Below, in pieces: positions 9,945-17,858 of a stretch of DNA of 64,000 nucleotides. The position numbers and the translations under genes were made by a program. The notes below the pieces were generated by a model. The model made no database searches, had not been told where the DNA came from, and saw only the letters and a list, made by a program, of their open reading frames with translations. Where the stretch lies: the sequence record SRR9188677_181; one strand, given 5' to 3'. Within the stretch, counting starts at the first letter, position 1; each line of letters begins with the position of its first letter.

Positions 9945-10820
9945 ATGCTCAGGAAATCATTAAAAAATACTTTTTCACTCTTAAATGCAGATTACGTAAA
10001 GTTGAACAAAACTTGGAATTTCAAGCATGTAATTAGCCCATTTTATAGAATGTATTTGATTGATGAAGGCGAAGGTTTGCTTTTTAATGCCCAAGAAAGT
10101 CAAATTCTAGCACCCAATTTTTTGTACTTAGTACCAAGTTTTACCATTTGCAATTATCAATGTAATCACTTCTTGAGCCAGTATTACATCCAATTTATTG
10201 AAGAATCTATTGATGGAAATGCCTTATTTTCGAATCATCGAAAAATCATTAAAGTACCAGCTGAAGCCCAAGATTTTACACATTTTAAAAGACTTTTAAG
10301 CCTGAATAAAGGAAGAGGATTAACGCAATCTAACGACCCAAAAGACTATGAAAAGTATCCAATTCTTCAGGAATTCAAACAGAAAAATGATACTTTAGAT
10401 GCTTCAGCATTCATGGAAACACAGGGAATTATTATGCAATTACTCTCTCGTTTTTTGGCGAAAGAATATTTTGAATTAGCAGAAACGACAGTAATTCCCT
10501 CCAATATTTTAGAAGCCATTAATTACATTCAGACACATCTTGAAGAAAATCTAACCGTTGAACATTTAGCAGACCGTGCCAATTTAAGTCCAGATTATTT
10601 TTCAAGAATTTTCCATGAAAATACAGGAGAAAGACCGCTGAGTTACATACAATTCAAGCGTATTGAAAGAGCACAATTATTGATGATTACTTCAGATTTC
10701 CAACTTCTTGAAATAGCAAACAAAACTGGTTTTGAAAGTTTATCTTATTTTTCAAGAAGTTTCAAAAAAGTAACACAACAAACACCAAGTGAATATAAAA
10801 AGAATAATCGTGTGGTGTAA
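9945..10820 (+). CDS. AraC-family transcriptional regulator
   Basis: C-terminal double HTH (LTVEHLADRANLSPDYFSRIF...GFESLSYFSRSFKKVTQQTPSEYKK). Confidence 0.95.
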   Translation: MLRKSLKNTFSLLNADYVKLNKTWNFKHVISPFYRMYLIDEGEGLLFNAQESQILAPNFLYLVPSFTICNYQCNHFLSQYYIQFIEESIDGNALFSNHRKIIKVPAEAQDFTHFKRLLSLNKGRGLTQSNDPKDYEKYPILQEFKQKNDTLDASAFMETQGIIMQLLSRFLAKEYFELAETTVIPSNILEAINYIQTHLEENLTVEHLADRANLSPDYFSRIFHENTGERPLSYIQFKRIERAQLLMITSDFQLLEIANKTGFESLSYFSRSFKKVTQQTPSEYKKNNRVV

Positions 10821-10874
10821 AACACTTTTGATAAGTGATTAGGAAAAATAATTTCTAAGCAGACTTATTGTTTT

Positions 10875-10896
10875 TTATTTAGATTTAGTCTAATTT
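10875..10896. promoter_or_regulatory. Candidate Fur-family operator upstream of fur
   Basis: Palindrome TTAGA-TTTAG-TCTAA (10879-10893) inside TTATTTAGATTTAGTCTAATTT, about 110 bp upstream of the Fur gene. Confidence 0.45.
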
Positions 10897-11007
10897 CACA
10901 CAATGATTTTAACCTAGATACGATAAATAGGTAATTCTTTGGTAAGTATATTTTACACCGTTCAAAATTATAGGAAAACAATCTATCAATTATATCATCA
11001 ATAGTGC

Positions 11008-11499
11008 ATGGCATTATCAAACATCAATACAGTTAAAAAAACCTTTCAGGAATTTCTTGATATAAAAGGATACCGCAAAACTCACGAGCGATTAACAATC
11101 CTAGAGCATATTTATGAAAGAAATGACCATTTTGAAGCAGATGAATTGTATTTGGCATTAAAACATCTGAATTATCATGTTAGCCGAGCAACAGTTTATA
11201 ATACTTTAGAACTGCTTGTTGAAGCAGAGTTGATTATTAAACATCAGTTTGGAAATAAAATATCATCAAGATATGAGAAAGCTTATGGAAGACGCCAACA
11301 CGACCATGTAGTATGTGTTGATTGCCAGAAAGTTACAGAATTTTGCGATCCTAGAATTCAGAATATACAAAATATGGTTGGAGAGTTTTTTAATTGCGAA
11401 ATTCTTCATCATTCTCTCACTTTTTACAGCAAATGCAAACAAATTGACTGTAGTGAAAGAATGAAGATGAATATCAAAGAACAAAATAATGAAAAGTAA
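11008..11499 (+). CDS. fur: Fur-family transcriptional repressor
   Basis: R.T..R..IL, VSRATVYNTLELL HTH, QHDHVVCVDC metal motif and C-terminal CxxxxC. Confidence 0.9.
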   Translation: MALSNINTVKKTFQEFLDIKGYRKTHERLTILEHIYERNDHFEADELYLALKHLNYHVSRATVYNTLELLVEAELIIKHQFGNKISSRYEKAYGRRQHDHVVCVDCQKVTEFCDPRIQNIQNMVGEFFNCEILHHSLTFYSKCKQIDCSERMKMNIKEQNNEK

Positions 11500-11520
11500 T
11501 TTGCTCTAAATTAGGCAGTT

Positions 11521-12459
11521 TTAATAATTCAATGCCATTTTCAAATCTAATTCGTCCTGCAAAAGTCCGTAATTATTATAAAGCGTTTCGATTTCTTTAG
11601 TGATTGACGCAGTAAAATTGCCTACTTTTCTACGAGTAAAGGTCGAAATATCTAAACCTCTTTTTTGCAAGAAGTATTTTGAAACTATAGGATATACGTT
11701 GTGCATTACATCCATGTTATCAATCAAAAATTGTTGCACTCTAGCAACTTCACTTTGTTGAGATTCATCCTCATAATTATCGCAAAGCCATACAATCAAT
11801 TCAGGAAAATAATTTCCTTGAATACAAGAAAGTCCAGCCGAACCCGCTTTCAGAGAATCCACCGCATGGGCCATATAAGCATCATACAAGCCAAATTTAT
11901 ATCCTTCAGTCAGCTTTATTTTCTCTTTTACTTGTTCAATATCCAAACAAGTATCTTTGTGATAAATTACTCTTCCGGTTTCTACAAAACCTTTTAACTG
12001 TGTTGGCGTAAGCACTTTTTTATAAGGAACTGGGCATTCATAAAAGCCCACTGGAATTTTCTCTGTTTTATCTAATAAAGAAAAAACTCTTTCATCAAAT
12101 ACTTCATCCGCTTCATTTTCATCCGCTAACAAACTGGTTATCAGGATTACAGCTTCTGTTCCAGTATCGTTTACTCTTTTTACAAAGTCTGCTTGTTTTT
12201 CAATTGCTCCGCCAAAAGTTCCAGTTGCTACAACAGGTACAGCTCCGTTTACAACTTTAATAACGTGCTGTATTGATGCTATTCTTTCTTGATCTGAAAG
12301 CTCAAACATTTCACTCGACAAGCAATTGGCAAACAAACCGCTTGCTCCAGCTTCTAAATAGATTTCTGTGAGTTTTGTTAAAGCATCAAAATCAATGTAT
12401 CCGTTGTCATTAAAAGGCGTAAGCATGACTGGGATAAAACCTTTTTTCGATTTTTCCAT
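11521..12459 (-). CDS. Dihydrodipicolinate synthase/N-acetylneuraminate lyase family class-I aldolase
   Basis: PVMLTPF...G.ID, FYECP, putative Schiff-base Lys in YHKDT; the usual GxTGE is replaced by CLSSE. Confidence 0.85.
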   Translation of the reverse strand: MEKSKKGFIPVMLTPFNDNGYIDFDALTKLTEIYLEAGASGLFANCLSSEMFELSDQERIASIQHVIKVVNGAVPVVATGTFGGAIEKQADFVKRVNDTGTEAVILITSLLADENEADEVFDERVFSLLDKTEKIPVGFYECPVPYKKVLTPTQLKGFVETGRVIYHKDTCLDIEQVKEKIKLTEGYKFGLYDAYMAHAVDSLKAGSAGLSCIQGNYFPELIVWLCDNYEDESQQSEVARVQQFLIDNMDVMHNVYPIVSKYFLQKRGLDISTFTRRKVGNFTASITKEIETLYNNYGLLQDELDLKMALNY

Positions 12460-12618
12460 CGTAATTTAAATTAGATAAACTGTTACCGCTAATAAATTCA
12501 AATGAAAATAAACAGGAATAATCTGTTCATTCGAATCCAAAAGGGCACAGAAGATTCAGGGTGAAAACACTAACGTTTACACCAAAAATTTTAATGATTA
12601 AATATTGTTATTTCTTTA

Positions 12619-14169
12619 TTATGCTCGTTTTTTAAACTTTGTAATCAGGATTCCCGTCAGAAAAATGCTCAGTGTTCCTATTACAATAATCATGTTTTTA
12701 TGCAGTGTATTTCTCAAAAAAGCATACTCTTCTGGAATACTCGGAGAGAAAGTCATCCAGATAATTACTAAAATTCCAATTATCGTAGCAATCAATGCTT
12801 CGTGATTTTTACTTTGGCGACTTATGATTCCTAATAAAAATAAACCTAACATTCCAGCCGCAAAAATTCCTGATAATTGCCACCAAACATCCAAAATACT
12901 TTTTACGCCAATCATCGCAATTCCCGTTCCCATTCCCAACAAACCAAAGACAACCGTAGCGATATGGAGTAAATTCATTTGTTTCTTTTCACTATTGTCT
13001 TTGCTGATGTATCGTTGATAAATATCTACAGAAAAAACCGTTGCCGATGAATTCATTCCTGAACTAATGGTACTCATCGCCGCTGATAAAATTGCGGAAA
13101 TAATTAAGCCCATTAATCCCGCTGGGATTTTCGTTACCATAAAATGTGGCATTACTTTATCTCCATAATCTGCTGGTTGTAAAGTTGCCATCATCGCCTG
13201 AATTTCTGCTGGCGATGCGTTGGGTAATCGCTCAAGTGCAACCTGATGTTTTACTGCTTCAATCAGTTCTGGATTTACCTGATAATAGGCAAATAAACAT
13301 GCGCCTATTACAAAGAAAATTAAAGACGCTGGTACATATAACCACACACAAAGCCATAGTGATTTTGACGCTTCTTTTACCGATGATGTGGTATGATAAC
13401 GTTGGATATAGTTTTGATCCATCCCAAAATTATTGAGGTTGATAAAAAAACCATACAACAAAACTACCCAGAACGATGAATCCACAAAATCTGGCGAAAA
13501 ACTGCCTAAACTAAACTTATTATTTGCTACACCAATGTCAATAATTTTACCGACTCCACCTTGCATCTCACTGATAATCAGATACAAAATCAAAATAGCG
13601 CCAAAGGTTTTTATCACTGCCTGAACTACTTCTGTCCAGATAACTGCCTCAATTCCACCTAAAACGGTGTAAATAATGATACAAACACCCATCACCAACA
13701 TGATTAATTCCATCGAATAACCTGTAAGTGCCTGTAAACTAAGCGCTATTCCAAAAAAAATGGAACCCATTCTAGCCAATTGTGTCAATAAAAAACAAAC
13801 TACAGCGTAAGTTCTAGCCCAAGCACCAAAACGATGTTCGAGGTGCGTATAAGCGGATACTTCTCCCGTATTTCGATAAAAAGGCACAAAATATTTCGAC
13901 GCAACCCAAGCTGCCAAAGGCATCGACAAACTGAATACAAAAGCATTCCAATTACTCCCGAATGCTTTACCTGGCACACCTAAAAATGTGTTACTACTCA
14001 AGAAAGTAGCATAGATAGATGCTCCGATTGCCCAACCCGGAATTTTACCAGAGGCCGTTGTAAATTGCTCAGCGTTTTTATTCTTTCTCGAAAAATAAAA
14101 CCCTACCAAAACCATCCCAATTAAATAAATAATGATGATGGATAAATCAAAAAATGGAAGGTTTTTCAT
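12619..14169 (-). CDS. Sodium:solute symporter (SSS family)
   Basis: Multiple TM helices; SSNTFLGVPG, GGIEAVIWTEVVQ, DQNYIQRY and SAAMSTISSGMNSSATVF. Confidence 0.95.
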   Translation of the reverse strand: MKNLPFFDLSIIIIYLIGMVLVGFYFSRKNKNAEQFTTASGKIPGWAIGASIYATFLSSNTFLGVPGKAFGSNWNAFVFSLSMPLAAWVASKYFVPFYRNTGEVSAYTHLEHRFGAWARTYAVVCFLLTQLARMGSIFFGIALSLQALTGYSMELIMLVMGVCIIIYTVLGGIEAVIWTEVVQAVIKTFGAILILYLIISEMQGGVGKIIDIGVANNKFSLGSFSPDFVDSSFWVVLLYGFFINLNNFGMDQNYIQRYHTTSSVKEASKSLWLCVWLYVPASLIFFVIGACLFAYYQVNPELIEAVKHQVALERLPNASPAEIQAMMATLQPADYGDKVMPHFMVTKIPAGLMGLIISAILSAAMSTISSGMNSSATVFSVDIYQRYISKDNSEKKQMNLLHIATVVFGLLGMGTGIAMIGVKSILDVWWQLSGIFAAGMLGLFLLGIISRQSKNHEALIATIIGILVIIWMTFSPSIPEEYAFLRNTLHKNMIIVIGTLSIFLTGILITKFKKRA

Positions 14170-14228
14170 GTATGCTAAATCGGGATTGTATGATTATAAA
14201 ACTGTATTTTGTTCTATATTCAACAGTA

Positions 14229-14293
14229 CAAATATACAGTAGTATTTCTCTGGTTATTTATAGGATTTTTCTTTTGTATTATACGATATTATC
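14229..14293 (-). promoter_or_regulatory. PUL regulon promoter 1 (SSS-aldolase)
   Basis: + strand CAAATATA-N22-TATAGGATTTTT-N6-TATTATACGATATTATC. Confidence 0.7.
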
Positions 14294-14336
14294 TTCTTCT
14301 GAAAATTTTTGCTGACTTTTTAGACAAATCAGCAAT

Positions 14337-17300
14337 TTATTGCACATCAATAGCATCAAGGCTTAGATTTTCAGCGTCTTCAGCTATCAATTTTATTTGA
14401 TACGTTCCTGCATTAATCATTGTTCCAGTACTTGTGCTGTAATAACTCCATTTTCCTTTTTTTGAAGGTGGTAACGAAATTAAATCTCCTTTTTTTATCA
14501 CTGTTCCATTTGTGGCAACAATTGCTAATCTTGCTTGTAAAACTTTTTCAAGAGGATTATGGTACTTTATTGTAAGCGAATAAGTATCTGCAACACCCAC
14601 TGAAATTGTCCATTCTAAAGCATCACCAGATGGTTTTTTGAATGAAACTCTTTCTTTTTCCATCAATACTTCCTTCACAGTACCTCCTAGCAATTTACCT
14701 TCAATGGCTTTGTAACTTTTTACCGTTTTTAAATCATAAGCGGGTTCAATGGTACTGCTTTGGTTTATCATCAACAAGTAATGTGCTGAATTTTCAGGAT
14801 TTTTACCCAGCGTTAGCTCCTCTCCTACCGATAAGCGTTTTCTTAACACTTTATAAGCTGTATTGTTTTGATAAGTACTTTCGATGAAAGAACCTGTTTC
14901 TTCAAAATTAGCAAGCCAATTTGGTATTTGAATGACAGATGTTGGTATTGCTACAGAAACATCAATATTTTCTGTAGCTGTAAATGTAAGCTTTTCTGTA
15001 TTCTCATTTTTAGCAAACTGTAAGGATGTTGCACTGTATAAATTTGATGGCAAGGACACAAATTTCGCTTCATCGTCTAAATATACTTTATCACCTGTGT
15101 CCAACCAATATTGCATTTTTGTATCAGTATTTGCTTCTTTTACTTGAATCAAACCTGAATTTAGGGAAACCGTACTTAGTCTTTTATCCAAACTGGCAAT
15201 CGCAATGGCTGAAATAAGTGCTTGCCCAGCCTTAACATTCGGGAATGAAATCTCCAATTGACCGCCTCTTATTTTTACTTTCACTGTTTTCTTCAATGCG
15301 CCATCGTGTCCTACTTCTTTCCAAATATCTACATTTTTCAAAACTACTTGCTCATTCACTGCAACATCGAATAAACGCCAAGCCGAACAATCCATGCCAC
15401 CACCTGTACCAAGCCAAGGTTCTGTAAAGTACAATTCTATTAAATATTCTCCGGCTGGAACATTAAAATGATACTTCAATTTTTCACGACCATAACGAAA
15501 TGTTTGAAATAATTGCCAATCTTTTGTACCAAAAATTGGGTCATTCGTTTTTCTTTGACTGGCAAAAAAACTTGGCATTCCTTTAAAATCATCTGTCCAA
15601 GAACTTGAACCCCAAGTATTTTTTTCGGTTTTATGTTGGTCGGCTAACCACGTATTTCCTTCATGATCGATGTACTTATTTCCACCACAATTTACTCTGT
15701 ACAAATATTGGTAATCTTTTTTGGCACTTACTACTTCTGACTTAACCGAATAAAGGCTCTGAAAATGTGGGGCTTTCGGTAGATGATTGAGTACGATATA
15801 ATCTTTTGCTACAGCTTTTCCATTTACATAAGCTACCGCATACAAAACATTGTATTGAATATCTACGCCATCCCATTGAAAATGTGTACCAATTCCATTT
15901 CGTTTTCTTTTTCCTAAAGAAATATGATTGGCGTCGTTAAATAATTCTACTTCATCGGCATTAGAATACACAACGATACTATCTTTTTTGCCCGTTTTCG
16001 TCCATCGATCTGCCCAAGTATGTGAGGAAATATACACCATTGGCTCTTTTTCCTTTGGAGCATAATTTGCCCGAAACATATAAAAAACATCCAATGGTTC
16101 TTCCCAAGGCGTTAATAATCCTTTGTAATTCACAGGACCAACACGGTCGATTTCACGCAAACCTTCTCCGCCCTGCACTCTTCCTGGATTATCATGCGAA
16201 TTGAATAACCAAAAGAAATGTCCTGTCGTTTTATCTTTAGCAGCTTCCGCCAAACGTACTTTCAGTTCCATTAAATTGGTCATTTTATCTTCGCTGAAAC
16301 CTTGATTTTTGTGTAAATCTATGGTTCGCCAAGCGCCGTATTCCCCAATTAATACTTGTCTTTCAACATCTTCTCCATATAAATTTGGGTCGCCTCCATA
16401 AGTACCAGTCCAGTTTTGCGGAACGTCCCAATCTGTCCCTTTTCCTCCGTTGCAGGTCGTAACTTTTCTTTGAGAAGAAGCCGTTGGGTCTAACTGACGA
16501 ATCAATGCTGTGCATTCTTTGGCAAAATCTTCGGGTAAAGTACTTTCGTTTTCCAAACCCCAAAGCACAATCGAAGGACTATTTCTGCGTTCCTTAATCC
16601 AATCTTTCAAAAGTGTTTTAAAATTTTCTCTGAAAGCAGGCGTATCGTACCAAACGTGTGCCGCCATTTGTGGCCACCACAAAATTCCAGATTCGTCCCA
16701 ATATTGCTGATAACGTAAATTATGAGGTTGATGCGCATCCCGAAAGGCGTTGAAACCAGCCGCTTTAATTTGTTGTACTCTAGCATGAATTTGCTCTTTG
16801 CTGAAAGCATGGCTATTGCCAATCAGATGCTCGTATTCTGCAATGCCATTGATAAAAACAGGTTTCCCATTCAATAAAAACTGTTTGGCGCCTTTTTTAC
16901 CAATTGGCCAACTGATGCTACGAATGCCATAATCTGTTTTTATTTCATCAATCAAATTACCATTTTCAATGATTTTAGTGCGAACTTGGTACAAATACGG
17001 ATTTTCAATCGACCAAAGTATGGGATGTTTAATTTCAGGAAATTGTTGATTGATATTAGCAACAGCATTGGAAGCAAGCGTACTTTTTGAACTTATTTCA
17101 CTTACCTTCTGTCCATTTTTATCGAATAATTCATTGAGAATTATCAGTGATTTAAGCTTATTGCTGTAGTTTTTAATTTCTGTAGAAAGATGCAACAAAG
17201 CAGATTTTTCTGAAACCGTAGAATCATTCCAAATGTGAATCCCAAAAGGTTGAATTCGTACTTCATTCGTAATGACTAAATGCACAGGACGAAAAATTCC

Positions 17301-17858
17301 CATCGGTTGAGAGCCTTCTGAAAAGCCACGTTCGGGAGAACAGCCACCACAAACCCAAGGTAAGTCTTGAATATTTGCAGGATGGTCGGCACGAACAGCC
17401 AAAGTATTTTCTTGATTTTGCGTTAGAATAACATCCGTAACATCCAAAGTAAAAGTAGTTCTTCCCCCAGCATGAGTACCTACTTTTTTGCCATTCAGCC
17501 AAACAGTTGCATAAGAACTTACGCCTTCAAAATACAGAAAAAAACGTTTTCCATTTTTGAGTTCTTGTACTTTAAACGTTTTACGATACCAGGCATAGCC
17601 ATGTTTATTGCCGTGAAGCATTCTGCGATAACCTTCGTACTGATCCCAATTGTGTGGCACATTTACTTTTTCCCAATTTTTCACCGAAAATGTGCTCGTT
17701 TCAAAACCTGAAAAATTATTAGCAAGTGAATCTTTAGCAGTGGTAAACCAATTATTATCTAATGAAATATCTTTCCGAAGAAGTGTTTGCGCTTTGAGTT
17801 GAGTTGCATTCAACAACAAAAAAGCCAAACAAAATAAACTATAAAAGCATCTTTTCAT
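14337..17858 (-). CDS. GH2 glycosidase with malectin (CBM57) and C-terminal CBM-like domains; probable beta-glucuronidase/galactosidase
   Basis: GH2 sugar-binding, Ig and TIM domains (GFNAFRDAHQP, RNSPSIVLWGLENE, IGEYG) followed by malectin (YRVNCGG...LYFTEPW...RLFDV). Confidence 0.85.
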   Translation of the reverse strand: MKRCFYSLFCLAFLLLNATQLKAQTLLRKDISLDNNWFTTAKDSLANNFSGFETSTFSVKNWEKVNVPHNWDQYEGYRRMLHGNKHGYAWYRKTFKVQELKNGKRFFLYFEGVSSYATVWLNGKKVGTHAGGRTTFTLDVTDVILTQNQENTLAVRADHPANIQDLPWVCGGCSPERGFSEGSQPMGIFRPVHLVITNEVRIQPFGIHIWNDSTVSEKSALLHLSTEIKNYSNKLKSLIILNELFDKNGQKVSEISSKSTLASNAVANINQQFPEIKHPILWSIENPYLYQVRTKIIENGNLIDEIKTDYGIRSISWPIGKKGAKQFLLNGKPVFINGIAEYEHLIGNSHAFSKEQIHARVQQIKAAGFNAFRDAHQPHNLRYQQYWDESGILWWPQMAAHVWYDTPAFRENFKTLLKDWIKERRNSPSIVLWGLENESTLPEDFAKECTALIRQLDPTASSQRKVTTCNGGKGTDWDVPQNWTGTYGGDPNLYGEDVERQVLIGEYGAWRTIDLHKNQGFSEDKMTNLMELKVRLAEAAKDKTTGHFFWLFNSHDNPGRVQGGEGLREIDRVGPVNYKGLLTPWEEPLDVFYMFRANYAPKEKEPMVYISSHTWADRWTKTGKKDSIVVYSNADEVELFNDANHISLGKRKRNGIGTHFQWDGVDIQYNVLYAVAYVNGKAVAKDYIVLNHLPKAPHFQSLYSVKSEVVSAKKDYQYLYRVNCGGNKYIDHEGNTWLADQHKTEKNTWGSSSWTDDFKGMPSFFASQRKTNDPIFGTKDWQLFQTFRYGREKLKYHFNVPAGEYLIELYFTEPWLGTGGGMDCSAWRLFDVAVNEQVVLKNVDIWKEVGHDGALKKTVKVKIRGGQLEISFPNVKAGQALISAIAIASLDKRLSTVSLNSGLIQVKEANTDTKMQYWLDTGDKVYLDDEAKFVSLPSNLYSATSLQFAKNENTEKLTFTATENIDVSVAIPTSVIQIPNWLANFEETGSFIESTYQNNTAYKVLRKRLSVGEELTLGKNPENSAHYLLMINQSSTIEPAYDLKTVKSYKAIEGKLLGGTVKEVLMEKERVSFKKPSGDALEWTISVGVADTYSLTIKYHNPLEKVLQARLAIVATNGTVIKKGDLISLPPSKKGKWSYYSTSTGTMINAGTYQIKLIAEDAENLSLDAIDVQ

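Noticed and set aside
11521-12459. dapA assignment
   Set aside because: Lacks the GTTGE motif and lies in a sugar-catabolic context.
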